Assembly (NCBI GenBank): GCA_045635765.1
Contig: JAZTWH010000077.1
Span: 10,369-74,368, forward strand
Origin: Eubacteriales bacterium
GTDB taxonomy: Bacteria; Bacillota; Clostridia; Oscillospirales; UBA644
Reading direction: 5' to 3'
Length of the DNA: 64,000 bases
Part shown: positions 36,963 to 46,442 of the stretch, one piece after another
Position numbering within the stretch: the first letter of the stretch is position 1
Layout of the letters: the number at the start of each line of letters is the position of its first letter
Notes under the pieces: model-generated
The model's input: only the letters and a program-made list of their open reading frames with translations
The model's database searches: none
What the model was told of the DNA's origin: nothing
Program-made: the position numbers and the translations under genes

Positions 36963-37952
36963 TCACTCAATAATATAGGGTTCAAAATCATCGCGGGTAA
37001 AGTCCACGACAGCCTTCAAATATTTGCCGAACTTGTTGGGGAGATCCGCATGAGCTTCATCGAATCTGGACAGGGGGTACACCTTGGTGGGAACGTGCTT
37101 ATAGTTCCAGGTTTCGTCAGCCAGCATCTTGGCAGCGTTTCTGCAGGATTCGATATTGAGGTCGGTTTCACGAGGATGGGTGCTCAGGCAGTCAATGGCC
37201 TTCACGTTGAGCATCTGGACGTCTACGAGACGCTTATCACCGGTATGATATGCACCGATGGCCAGCTGACCGCACTGCTGGGTCATACGGATGGCAAGGT
37301 CAAGGGATTCGTTGGTTTCGCCCCATTCCATAACCATAGAAAATCCGCCGGGCTTGCCATCAAAGTTCAGTCCGCTTCCGGGAATGTAGAAAGCACTTTG
37401 GGGAAGGTCGTCGACCAAGTAAGCTTCGTCCGCACCGTATTTCAGAGCATTCTTCACGGATTCGGGATTGATGTCGGTGGCGACGACGTAGGCACCGCGT
37501 TTCTTCAGAAGGCTGATAGCACCGCAACCCATGTATCCGCAACCGACAACGGCAACCCGTTCGCCGATTACCTTAATGCGGACCTTGCTGACAGCACTGA
37601 TTAAGCAGGAGAGAGGCTCGAGGATTCCCTCTTCATCGGTAACGTTATCCGCAAGCTTAAACAGGAATTTTTCATCTGCAACAACGTATTCCATGCTTCC
37701 TTCAAACAATCCGCTGACCCGATCCCCAACCTTGAGGTTCTTTACGGCGGAGCCGACTTCTACCACGACGCCTACGGGCTCGTGACCGAATTTTCTGCCT
37801 TCGCTTTTGCAGGTTTCCCAATCGTAATGCTCAGACATGCAAACGCCGCAGTACTTCATTTTAACCTTGACGTCGGTATCTCTTTTGATCTGAGGTTCTT
37901 CCACTTCGATCAGATGAGTTTTCCCGGGGCCGCAAGAGACGATTTGTTTCAT
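36963..37952 (-). CDS. Zn-dependent medium-chain dehydrogenase, paralog of the downstream gene
   Basis: MKQIVSCGPGKTHLIEVEEP...GVCMSEHY...GHEPVGVVVEVG...VVGCGYMGCGA. ATG 37952 follows AGGAG; the track N-terminal extension is rejected. Confidence 0.85.
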   Translation of the reverse strand: MKQIVSCGPGKTHLIEVEEPQIKRDTDVKVKMKYCGVCMSEHYDWETCKSEGRKFGHEPVGVVVEVGSAVKNLKVGDRVSGLFEGSMEYVVADEKFLFKLADNVTDEEGILEPLSCLISAVSKVRIKVIGERVAVVGCGYMGCGAISLLKKRGAYVVATDINPESVKNALKYGADEAYLVDDLPQSAFYIPGSGLNFDGKPGGFSMVMEWGETNESLDLAIRMTQQCGQLAIGAYHTGDKRLVDVQMLNVKAIDCLSTHPRETDLNIESCRNAAKMLADETWNYKHVPTKVYPLSRFDEAHADLPNKFGKYLKAVVDFTRDDFEPYIIE

Positions 37953-38066
37953 AGTGTTTTCTCCTTTTTTTGAATAAATTTTGTGCTTTTGAGAGGAAAG
38001 CACTCCTTCTGATGCCATATTAACATATATTCGGTAGAAATGGAATATATAATTCCGCTCGAAATA

Positions 38067-38095
38067 TTGACAAAAACGACTTTTCATGCTATAAT
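38067..38095 (+). promoter_or_regulatory. Consensus promoter of the AraC regulator gene
   Basis: TTGACA-17 nt-TATAAT with an extended TGc. Confidence 0.65.
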
Positions 38096-38134
38096 ACTGC
38101 TAAATCTATAAGAAAAAACGGGGAGTGGGGTTTG

Positions 38135-38887
38135 ATGCAACAGAAAAGATGCAAAAGCAGTTCGCTGATTCGAGGGTATTTAATTCATTCTCACCCGGAG
38201 TGGGAAATTATTTATCAAATCGAAGGGGAAGCAAAAACACAGGTGGGCGACACGGTCTGCGACGTTGTTGCCGGCGACGTGCTGATCATTCCGCCCCATA
38301 CGCCCCACCGGGGATTTTCCAACGAGGTATTCCGGGACTGTTCCCTGAAATTAAAGGAAGCCGATTTTCCCGGCTTTGTGCATTTTCGGGATTACAGAGG
38401 AGATATTTGTGCCCTAATGTTCATGCTGCTGCGTCTGGAAACGGAGCAGGAAGGGGACTACCGGGCGGTATCGGACAGCCTGACCCGTGCCGTATACAAC
38501 GTGATAAAATATGAATTGGGCATTGCATCGGGCTCCCCCGCCGTGGCGGAAATTAAGAATGCCATCTACGAGAATCTGTCCAATCCGGAGTTCAAGCTGG
38601 CGGACCGAATTGCAGATACGGGATTCGATAAGGATTACTTTCGGCGATGTTTCAAGCGGGAAACGGGAAAAACGCCCTCTCAATATCTTACGGAGCTTCG
38701 TTTGACCCATGCAAAACAGTTGTTGTCGGACCAAAAACGGTACAGCATCGAATCCATTGCGTACAGCTGTGGATTTTCCGACAGTCTCTACTTCTCCACC
38801 TGCTTTAAAAAGCACGAGGGGATGTCCCCCCTCAATTATCGTAAAAAGCTTTGGGACGAAACCATGGGAGACCGTGTTATCTTTTAA
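38135..38887 (+). CDS. AraC family transcriptional regulator (cupin + HTH), divergent from the dehydrogenase operon
   Basis: ...HSHPEWEIIYQIEG...DVLIIPPHTPH... and C-terminal ...IAYSCGFSDSLYFSTCFKKHEGMSPLNYRK. Confidence 0.85.
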   Translation: MQQKRCKSSSLIRGYLIHSHPEWEIIYQIEGEAKTQVGDTVCDVVAGDVLIIPPHTPHRGFSNEVFRDCSLKLKEADFPGFVHFRDYRGDICALMFMLLRLETEQEGDYRAVSDSLTRAVYNVIKYELGIASGSPAVAEIKNAIYENLSNPEFKLADRIADTGFDKDYFRRCFKRETGKTPSQYLTELRLTHAKQLLSDQKRYSIESIAYSCGFSDSLYFSTCFKKHEGMSPLNYRKKLWDETMGDRVIF

Positions 38888-39031
38888 CTTTTTCGTTCTA
38901 TTTTGGCACCCTCAAGTCTTTTCTTGGGGGTGTCTTTTTCTAAGAAAAAAGACGGTGCAACTGATGGTCTTCCACTTTAGGAGCGTCGCAATTGCATTGC
39001 GTTTTTTTACGATTATTTAAACCAATTTGGA

Positions 39032-40444
39032 TTAAATCTGCTCGATCTTTATCAGGTCGGTATTGCCGGAACGTCCGTTGGTGATGCCACCGGTAATGAC
39101 GATATGATCGTCTTTTTTCAAGTTCAGCGTTTTTTGCGTAAGCTTTTTGGCGGTATAAAACAGGACGTCGGTGGAATTAAAGGTTTCACACAAGACGGGA
39201 TTGACTCCCCAGGACAAGGCAAGGCTTCTCCAGGTTCGCTCGTCGGTGGTCAATCCGACGATTTCCGCCGGGGGACGGAATCGGGAAACCATTCGCACGG
39301 TCATGCCGGAAAGAGAACAGACGGAAATCGCCTGAGCACCGATGTCAATGGCCATTCCCACGGTGGCATGGGAAATGGCGTCCACCGTATTTCGGATTTT
39401 AAAGGAAGAAGAATGAAACCGGGAGGAATAGTCAATATTCTGCTCGGTACGTTGGGCGATGCGGGCCATGGTCTGAACCGCAAGCACCGGGTGTTCTCCG
39501 GCGGCCGTTTCAGCGGAAAGCATGATGGCACTGGTCCCGTCGTAGACCGCGTTGGCAACGTCGGTGATCTCTGCCCGGGTGGGACGGATATTATGAATCA
39601 TGGATTCCAGCATTTCGGTGGCGGTGATGACCCGTTTTCCCAAAAGACTGCACTTGGTAATCAATTCCTTCTGAATTCCGGGCAATTCCTCAAAGGGAAT
39701 CTCTACTCCCATATCTCCCCGGCCGATCATGATTCCGTCACATTCTTCGCAGATCTCTTCAATGTTGTCTACACCTACCCGGTTTTCAATCTTGGCGATC
39801 AACGCCGGATTCGGCTCTCCGTGCTCTGCCAAAAACTGCCGAACGTCGGTCAGGTCCTGCTTTCTGGAGACAAAGGAACAGGCAAAGAAATCCACTCCGT
39901 TCTCAATGCCGAACAAAAGGTCCTTCTTATCCTGTTCGCTGAGATAGACTTGATTCAAAACCTTATTGGGAAAGGCCATACTCTTGCGGTCGGAGAGGAC
40001 GCCCCCGGCAATCACATCGCAAAGGGCATCGGTCTCTGTCAGTTGACGGACCTGCAGAACCACAAGGCCGTTGTTGATCAGCACCCGGTCCCCCACCGTA
40101 AGATCGTTGATCATTCCGGCGTAGGACACGGAAACCCGGGTCTCGTCCCCCACAACATCCTCCACCGTCAGGGAGAAGGTATCTCCGTCGTTGAGGGTGA
40201 TCCTACCATTTTTAAAAGTGCGGATGCGGTATTCTGGCCCCTTGGTATCCAAAAGAATGGCAATGGGAAGACCCAGAGCTTCCCGGACCTTCTTAATGGT
40301 ATTGATGGTATTCAAATGCTGTTCGTGGGTACCGTGGGAAAAGTTCAGCCGGGCCACGTTCATGCCGGCCAAGCACATTTCGGTCAGGGTCTTCTCGTCA
40401 GAGCAGGCAGGACCGATGGTGCAGACAATCTTCGTTTTACGCAT
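39032..40444 (-). CDS. pyk: Pyruvate kinase
   Basis: MRKTKIVCTIGPACSDEKTL...MNVARLNFSHGTHEQH...IAKIENRVGV...MIGRGDMGVEIP. Start at ATG 40444 after AGGAG. Confidence 0.95.
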   Translation of the reverse strand: MRKTKIVCTIGPACSDEKTLTEMCLAGMNVARLNFSHGTHEQHLNTINTIKKVREALGLPIAILLDTKGPEYRIRTFKNGRITLNDGDTFSLTVEDVVGDETRVSVSYAGMINDLTVGDRVLINNGLVVLQVRQLTETDALCDVIAGGVLSDRKSMAFPNKVLNQVYLSEQDKKDLLFGIENGVDFFACSFVSRKQDLTDVRQFLAEHGEPNPALIAKIENRVGVDNIEEICEECDGIMIGRGDMGVEIPFEELPGIQKELITKCSLLGKRVITATEMLESMIHNIRPTRAEITDVANAVYDGTSAIMLSAETAAGEHPVLAVQTMARIAQRTEQNIDYSSRFHSSSFKIRNTVDAISHATVGMAIDIGAQAISVCSLSGMTVRMVSRFRPPAEIVGLTTDERTWRSLALSWGVNPVLCETFNSTDVLFYTAKKLTQKTLNLKKDDHIVITGGITNGRSGNTDLIKIEQI

Positions 40445-40492
40445 ATAAAATACTCCTATAACGGAAAAAAGTGCAAAAATCTTACCATATAC

Positions 40493-40521
40493 ATTATAAC
40501 ACATTTTTACCGAATTTGCAA
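40493..40521 (-). promoter_or_regulatory. pyk promoter
   Basis: Minus strand reads TTGCAA-17 nt-TATAAT. Confidence 0.6.
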
Positions 40522-40542
40522 GGGAATCATTAAATTTTCCAT

Positions 40543-40584
40543 AAAAGAGTTCGAGAAGGATAATTTCCCTCTCGAACTCTTTTT
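40543..40584. terminator. Bidirectional terminator after the ABC exporter operon
   Basis: aaaAGAGTTCGAG-N15-CTCGAACTCTtttt overlaps the stop codon at 40583. Confidence 0.65.
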
Positions 40585-42457
40585 ATGATTCAAACTGTGA
40601 ACGGTACAGTTTACTGTAAAATCCCCCGCAGGCCAAAAGCTGCTGGTGCTTTCCTTGCTCAATGACGGTGCCGTCTTTGACGACCAAGATGTTGTCGGCG
40701 TGTTGAACGGTGGAAAGGCGGTGAGCAATTACGAAGCAGGTGCGGTTCTTCATCAGGGAGACCATTGCTTTTTGGATTCGTTGCTCCGTTCGGGAGTCCA
40801 CGTTGGAGGTGGCCTCATCCAAAATCAGCATTGCAGAATCGGAGAGCATGGCCCGGGCAATGGTAATCAGCTGTTTTTGTCCCTTGGAAAGATTGATTCC
40901 ATCGTCGGACAAGACCGTGTCGTACCCCTGGGGCAATCCCATAATAAAGGAATGCACGTGGGCGGCCTTGGCCGCGGCAATGACCTCTTCCCGGGTTGCC
41001 CCGGCTCGACCGTAGGCGATGTTATCGTGGACGGTTCCCCAGAACAACCAGGTATCCTGCAACACCATGGTATAGGCTTTTCGCAGAGAATCTCTGGTAA
41101 CGGAACGGGAATCCTTCCCGTCCACCGAAATAATGCCCGATTGGGGGTCGTAAAAACGCATCAACAGATTGATGACCGTAGTCTTCCCTGCCCCGGTGGG
41201 TCCCACGATGGCGGTGACGGTGCCGGGAGGAGCTTTTAAGTTGAAGTCCTTCAGAATTTGTTTTTGGGGAACGTAAGAAAAATCAACCTTCTCCAGCTCC
41301 ACCTTTCCCTCCACGTCGGAAAGCACCGTTGCCTCTGCTCCGTCCGCCGGCTCCGGAGATTCATCCAACAAATGGAAGACCCGTTCCGCGGCGGCCATAG
41401 CCGATTGAATTTCGTTCATAATATTGGCGAACTCATTGATAGGGCCGGCAAACTTCCGGGAATACTGGACGAAGGACGCAACCTCTCCCAAAGTAATCAC
41501 CAAAAGGGGAAAAAGATTTCCTTCGCCCTTGGCCATGGTGAGCATATAAAACAAACCACCCAAAATGGTGACCAGAGAGATGGAAAGATTGTTGATAAAA
41601 GCCACGGAAGGACCGATTACCGACGCGTGATAATCGGCCTGATAATAGGCCTCTACGGCGGATTCGTTTTTTTGGTCAAAGGTCTGCAGAATATCAGACT
41701 CCCGATGATAGGCGTGGACCGTCCGCTGACCGGAAAGCATTTCCTCCGCATATCCGTTCAGTTCCCCCAATTTCCCCGAGCGAGCCCGGAAAAAGGGCTG
41801 AATTTTTTTGGTCTTTCGGCGGGTAAACCACAGGGACAAGGGAACGGTCACGGCAAACACCAGCAAAAGCAAAGGGGAAATGGATGCCATCATAACCAAC
41901 GACCCCACCAGAGTAATTACGCTGGCACAAACCTGCAAAAGATCGTTGGACAGGGAGGTATTGACCGTATCAATATCGTAAGAGATGCGGCTGATAATAT
42001 CCCCCGTAGCGTGGGTATCGAAATAGGAGACGGGGAGGCTCGTCAGATGGTGAAAGACATCCCGACGCATAGTGGAGATGACCTTCTGACTGATCACGAT
42101 CATCAGCGAGGACAGAGCAAAGGACAATCCCGCCGAGATCAGGTAAGTTCCTGCCATAAGGATGCAATAATACAAGACCTGCCCGCACATCTGAAGTTCA
42201 AACACAGAAAGGCAAAAATCATACATGGGAGCGAAGATCAGTTCCCCGGAAAAGTCTCCGCTTAGAGCATCGATGGCAAACCCGGAAAGTCGGGGGCCGA
42301 CCAACGCCAGCAAATTGGAGATCAACATCATCAAAAAGGCCAATAGGATCAACCATTGATAGCGGAAAAGGTAAGACAGGATCCGCTTCAGGACCCGCAT
42401 GCCGGCTTTTCGGTCTAATTTCTTCGAAGGCCCCTCCATTCCCCGGGGGCCGCCCAT
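40583..42457 (-). CDS. ABC exporter, fused permease-ATPase (half transporter, MdlB/YheH-like)
   Basis: 6-TM domain followed by GPTGAGKTT, LSKGQKQLITIARA and ILDEATS. The start is uncertain (ATG 42457 or 42439); the track extension overlaps the upstream gene. Confidence 0.88.
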   Translation of the reverse strand: MGGPRGMEGPSKKLDRKAGMRVLKRILSYLFRYQWLILLAFLMMLISNLLALVGPRLSGFAIDALSGDFSGELIFAPMYDFCLSVFELQMCGQVLYYCILMAGTYLISAGLSFALSSLMIVISQKVISTMRRDVFHHLTSLPVSYFDTHATGDIISRISYDIDTVNTSLSNDLLQVCASVITLVGSLVMMASISPLLLLVFAVTVPLSLWFTRRKTKKIQPFFRARSGKLGELNGYAEEMLSGQRTVHAYHRESDILQTFDQKNESAVEAYYQADYHASVIGPSVAFINNLSISLVTILGGLFYMLTMAKGEGNLFPLLVITLGEVASFVQYSRKFAGPINEFANIMNEIQSAMAAAERVFHLLDESPEPADGAEATVLSDVEGKVELEKVDFSYVPQKQILKDFNLKAPPGTVTAIVGPTGAGKTTVINLLMRFYDPQSGIISVDGKDSRSVTRDSLRKAYTMVLQDTWLFWGTVHDNIAYGRAGATREEVIAAAKAAHVHSFIMGLPQGYDTVLSDDGINLSKGQKQLITIARAMLSDSAMLILDEATSNVDSRTEQRIQKAMVSLMKNRTCFVIAHRLSTVQHADNILVVKDGTVIEQGKHQQLLACGGFYSKLYRSQFES

Positions 42458-42461
42458 CGGT

Positions 42462-44186
42462 CTACTCAAGGATCGCACCTCCCATCTGAGAATGACTGAT
42501 CTCACGGTAAATTTCACAGGATTCCAGTAATTGATCGTGGGTTCCGAAGGCAACGGTCTTGCCTTCCTCCAGAACCAAAATTCCATCGCAATTCATCACC
42601 GAGCTGACCCGTTGGGCCACGATGATGCGGCTTGCGTTGCTCGGGGAGTTTTCCAGAGCCTTTCGCAGATTGGCGTCAGTCTTATAGTCCAGGGCGGAGG
42701 AAGAGTCATCCAAAATCAAAATTTCCGGATCTCCCGCCAATGCCCGGGCAATAAACAGCCGTTGCTTCTGCCCACCCGAAAGATTGGACCCCTTTGCGGT
42801 CAGCCGGTATTGCAATCCTTGCTCCAGCCGGTCCACAAATTCTGCCGCCTGGGCGGTTTCAAGGGAAGTGCGAAGGGCCTGATCCTCGATATGGCGGCCA
42901 AACCGCAAATTTTCATCCACGGTTCCGGAAAACACGATATCGTTCTGCAACGCCGCCCCGAACCGACGGCGTAACTCTCCCGTGGGGATGGTACGAACGT
43001 CCCGTCCTCCGATGCGAATGGCTCCCGAATCCACGTCGTAGAACCGCATCAAAAGCTGAAGGATGGTGGATTTTCCGCTTCCCGTAGCCCCGATGATGCC
43101 GAGGGTCCCTCCTTTGGGAACGGAAAAGGTAATATCGGTAATATTGTTTACGATTTTATTATAGGAAAAGCTTACGTGATCGAACTCAATATATTTTCGG
43201 TCGTCTGCCGGGACCGGGGGATATTGCTGCTCCGAGAACAGAGGCATGTCCTTTTCGCACTGCAACACCTCGTCAATGCGGTTGGCCGAGGCCGTAGCCT
43301 TGGTGTACATCACGAAGATTCGGGAGATGGACATCAACGCGTTTGCAATCAGCGTAAAATACTGGGTGAAGGCAATAATGGTGCCGGCCTTGGTGTCCCC
43401 ACCGGAGCCGATGAGCAACGCACCGACCAGGATTACCGCCGTCAGTCCCAGGTTTAAGAGCAGATTCATGGAGGGATTGGAGGCGGCCATGATGATCCCC
43501 GCCCGCTTTTCCGATCGGACCAGGTCTGCATTTACGGAATCAAAACGAGATTTTTCGTAATCCACCTTTGAAAGAGCCTTGATGACCCGGATTCCCTTGG
43601 CGTCCTCCCGGACCACCCGGGTCATTCCGTCCACCTGAGACTGAACGTCCCCGTAGAGAGGAATCCCTTTCCGGGCAATGAAGAACACGATAGCAAAAAT
43701 AAAGGGAAGCACGCCCAGCATGACCAGGGTCAGTTTCAGGTCCAGCATGGCCGTCAGGATCAGTCCCCCAAACAACAGAATCGGAGCCCGGACGCCCATT
43801 CGCTGCATCATTCCCAAGAAACGGCTGACATGGAAGGTATCGGAGGTAATGCGGGACTCGAGGCTTGGGACCGTGAATCTGTCGGTCTGGGCCGAGGAAA
43901 GGGACAGGATCTTTTCAAACAGATCGTGACGGATGTCCCGGGTCGCATCCCGGGCCACGGCCGAGGCCCGTTGATTGGCCCAGACGTTCAGCCCAAAGGC
44001 CCCAAGGGCACACAAAATCATGATTCCGCCCCAAAGAAAGATCCATTCCGCCCGTTGCAGGGGAACCACGTTATCCAGGATATGGCTTAAAATGTACGGT
44101 AAAAACAATTCTACGAGCGTCCCTAAAAACTTGACGGTCAGAACCACCGTCAGGCTCAGAAAATACGGCCGCAGATAGCGAATCAT
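42462..44186 (-). CDS. ABC exporter, fused permease-ATPase (partner half transporter)
   Basis: MIRYLRPYFLSLTVVLTV... then GATGSGKST, LSGGQKQRLFIARA, LILDDSSSALD. Start at ATG 44186, just after the MarR stop. Confidence 0.88.
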   Translation of the reverse strand: MIRYLRPYFLSLTVVLTVKFLGTLVELFLPYILSHILDNVVPLQRAEWIFLWGGIMILCALGAFGLNVWANQRASAVARDATRDIRHDLFEKILSLSSAQTDRFTVPSLESRITSDTFHVSRFLGMMQRMGVRAPILLFGGLILTAMLDLKLTLVMLGVLPFIFAIVFFIARKGIPLYGDVQSQVDGMTRVVREDAKGIRVIKALSKVDYEKSRFDSVNADLVRSEKRAGIIMAASNPSMNLLLNLGLTAVILVGALLIGSGGDTKAGTIIAFTQYFTLIANALMSISRIFVMYTKATASANRIDEVLQCEKDMPLFSEQQYPPVPADDRKYIEFDHVSFSYNKIVNNITDITFSVPKGGTLGIIGATGSGKSTILQLLMRFYDVDSGAIRIGGRDVRTIPTGELRRRFGAALQNDIVFSGTVDENLRFGRHIEDQALRTSLETAQAAEFVDRLEQGLQYRLTAKGSNLSGGQKQRLFIARALAGDPEILILDDSSSALDYKTDANLRKALENSPSNASRIIVAQRVSSVMNCDGILVLEEGKTVAFGTHDQLLESCEIYREISHSQMGGAILE

Positions 44187-44191
44187 CAATT

Positions 44192-44659
44192 TCACTGATA
44201 ATCCCCCCTTCCCCGGGTTTTGGGGGGGAGATCCTCTCCGCCGGTCACGTAGACCATCGCCCGTTCCCGGGCCCGTTCCATGAGGGAAGAAAACTGTTGT
44301 TGCTCCTCCGGGGAAAAACCGGCCACCAGCCATTGGTTCCAATCCTCATACACTTCCCGGATCATGGGGACCATTTCTTCCGCTTTTCTTGTGGGATATA
44401 CCAACAATACCCGTTTGTCCTCCCCCGGCACCCGGGTAATATATCCCTGTTCCTCCAGATAAGACAACTGCCGGGCTACCTGACTTTTATCAATGCAAAG
44501 TTTTCGGGTCAGCGTATCCTGGGAGATTCCCGGATTACGGCACAACACGGCAATGCACCGGGCATGGGGCGGCTTGAGATCCGTATGCTCGAACCGTTCT
44601 CCGTGATACAGGGTGGCACACCGGCTCACGGCGTTGATGAGAAACATCAAAGAGGGCAT
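44192..44659 (-). CDS. MarR family transcriptional regulator
   Basis: ...CIAVLCRNPGISQDTLTRKLCIDKSQVARQLSYLEEQGYITRVPGEDKRV, a winged HTH. ATG 44659 follows AGGAG. Confidence 0.85.
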   Translation of the reverse strand: MPSLMFLINAVSRCATLYHGERFEHTDLKPPHARCIAVLCRNPGISQDTLTRKLCIDKSQVARQLSYLEEQGYITRVPGEDKRVLLVYPTRKAEEMVPMIREVYEDWNQWLVAGFSPEEQQQFSSLMERARERAMVYVTGGEDLPPKTRGRGDYQ

Positions 44660-44680
44660 GGCACGTCTCCTTTTCTCTTC

Positions 44681-44700
44681 GTTGCAAACGCAACAGTTGC
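44681..44700. promoter_or_regulatory. Overlapping short palindromes in the marR 5' UTR (candidate MarR operator)
   Basis: GTTGCaaacGCAAC (44681-44694) and GCAACaGTTGC (44690-44700), lying between the promoter and the RBS. Confidence 0.4.
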
Positions 44701-44720
44701 AAATGAAACTATTTTTTTTC

Positions 44721-44749
44721 ATTATACACCTATGGGAGAGAAAAGTCAA
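44721..44749 (-). promoter_or_regulatory. marR-ABC operon promoter
   Basis: Minus strand reads TTGACT-17 nt-TATAAT. Confidence 0.6.
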
Positions 44750-44759
44750 CACAAAAGTA

Positions 44760-44784
44760 AAAATATACCAAATTGGTATATTTT
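44760..44784. promoter_or_regulatory. Perfect 25-bp palindrome between the divergent marR and MATE promoters
   Basis: AAAATATACCAA-a-TTGGTATATTTT, with 12-bp arms around a centre at 44772. Confidence 0.5.
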
Positions 44785-44846
44785 ATGCTGAGAGAACAAA
44801 CTTTGTGACTTTTTTCAAACCTTTTTACAAAACGGGAAATTGCGGG

Positions 44847-44875
44847 TTGACATTTGAAAAACAAAGGGGTATAAT
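44847..44875 (+). promoter_or_regulatory. Consensus promoter of the MATE gene
   Basis: TTGACA-17 nt-TATAAT exactly. Confidence 0.7.
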
Positions 44876-44911
44876 GGGGGCAATCGGATTGGAGAAACGG
44901 AGGACGTTCTT

Positions 44912-46303
44912 ATGGCAAAATCATCCATAAATATGTACGAAGGACCCTTCTTAAAAAAAATCCTTTTTTACACCTTCCCCATCATGCTGACCGGCCTTTT
45001 GCAATTAACCTTTAACGCCGCAGATCTGATCATCGTAGGCCAATTTTGCGGAAGTGTTTCGGTGGCAGCCGTCGGAGCGACGGGGGCACTGACCAACCTT
45101 CTTTTGAGTCTGTTTACAGGCCTTTCCGTCGGGGTGGGGGTCACGGTAGCCCAGTCCCTAGGGGCAAGGAATGAAAAAGAAACCCACGCCATCATTCACA
45201 CGGCCATTCCGGTGGCCGTCATCAGCGGATTGATTCTGACGGTAGCCGGGGTCGCTTTCTCCGCAACCTTTCTGCAGTGGATGGGAACCCCCGACGACGT
45301 AATTCCCCTTTCTTCGGTGTACATGAAGATCTATTTCGGCGGAATTTTAGGGCCCCTGATCTACAACTTCGGAGCATCGATTCTACGGGCGTCGGGAGAT
45401 ACGAAGCGACCCCTGTTTTTTCTGACCGCGGCGGGCGTTATCAACGTCGTACTAAATACCGTCTTTGTGACCGCTTTTCACATGGACGTTGCCGGCGTAG
45501 CCTTGGCCACGGTAATTTCCCAAGCCTTTGCGGCGATTATGGTTCTGATTTCCCTTACCAAGCGGCAGGATGCTTGCAAATTGGATCTGAAACGATTGAA
45601 AATACGCAAAGGTCCGTTGCTGAAGATCGTCCGAATCGGGGTCCCCTCCGGGATCCAAGGATCCATGTTCTCCGTTTCCAACATTATTTTACAATCCTCC
45701 ATCAATGCACTGGGCTCCGTTTTCATGTCGGGCAACGCGGCATCGGCAAGTCTGGAAGGTTTTTTGTACGTCACAGTCAATGCTTTTCACCAATCGGCCT
45801 TAAATTTTACGGGACAAAACGTCGGGGCAAGGCGATATGACAACGTAAAAAAGATCGTCACGATCTGCTTCTGTTCCGCCGTTTTTATGGCAATAATTTT
45901 AGGGGTTTTTGTCCGACTGTTCGGCGAGCCTCTGCTCAGTCTTTACATTACCGACTCCCCGGAAGCCTTTGCTCACGGTCTCCATCGGATGACCTGGGTC
46001 TGCCTGCCCTATTTCACCCTTGCAATGATGGACGTAATGAACGGTACGTTACGGGGCATGGGAGCATCCCTCTCCCCTACGCTGATCTCGATCCTCGGCG
46101 TTTGCGGCGTCCGGGTCGGCTGGATCTACACCGGATACCGACTGTTCAACGATGCACCCATTGAGACCCGATCCGCGATGCTCTATATCATCTATCCCGC
46201 ATCGTGGATCCTCACCTTCATAGCGGAAAGGATCGCATATCGGATCATCCTGAAAAAGCAAGAAAAGAAATTCTACTCTCCCCAGACGGAGCCTTCGGTG
46301 TAG
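44912..46303 (+). CDS. MATE family efflux transporter
   Basis: 463 aa and 12 TM helices. ...KILFYTFPIMLTGLLQLTFNAADLIIVGQF... has the typical NorM-like N-terminus. Confidence 0.9.
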   Translation: MAKSSINMYEGPFLKKILFYTFPIMLTGLLQLTFNAADLIIVGQFCGSVSVAAVGATGALTNLLLSLFTGLSVGVGVTVAQSLGARNEKETHAIIHTAIPVAVISGLILTVAGVAFSATFLQWMGTPDDVIPLSSVYMKIYFGGILGPLIYNFGASILRASGDTKRPLFFLTAAGVINVVLNTVFVTAFHMDVAGVALATVISQAFAAIMVLISLTKRQDACKLDLKRLKIRKGPLLKIVRIGVPSGIQGSMFSVSNIILQSSINALGSVFMSGNAASASLEGFLYVTVNAFHQSALNFTGQNVGARRYDNVKKIVTICFCSAVFMAIILGVFVRLFGEPLLSLYITDSPEAFAHGLHRMTWVCLPYFTLAMMDVMNGTLRGMGASLSPTLISILGVCGVRVGWIYTGYRLFNDAPIETRSAMLYIIYPASWILTFIAERIAYRIILKKQEKKFYSPQTEPSV

Positions 46304-46372
46304 AGAAAAATTTTCCATTTTGGACGAAATTCGACTTGTTTTTAAACCTTTGCCAAAAAGACGGTACAAGTG

Positions 46373-46401
46373 TTGACAAAATTCCAAAAGTCATTTATAA
46401 T
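46373..46401 (+). promoter_or_regulatory. Consensus promoter of the DUF3048 gene
   Basis: TTGACA-17 nt-TATAAT exactly. Confidence 0.7.
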
Positions 46402-46442
46402 GGTAATATAAATCCCATTAAATCACCTTAGGAGGAACTCTA

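Noticed and set aside
39104-40588. 494-aa + ORF opposite pyk
   Set aside because: It is an antisense shadow of an unmistakable pyruvate kinase.
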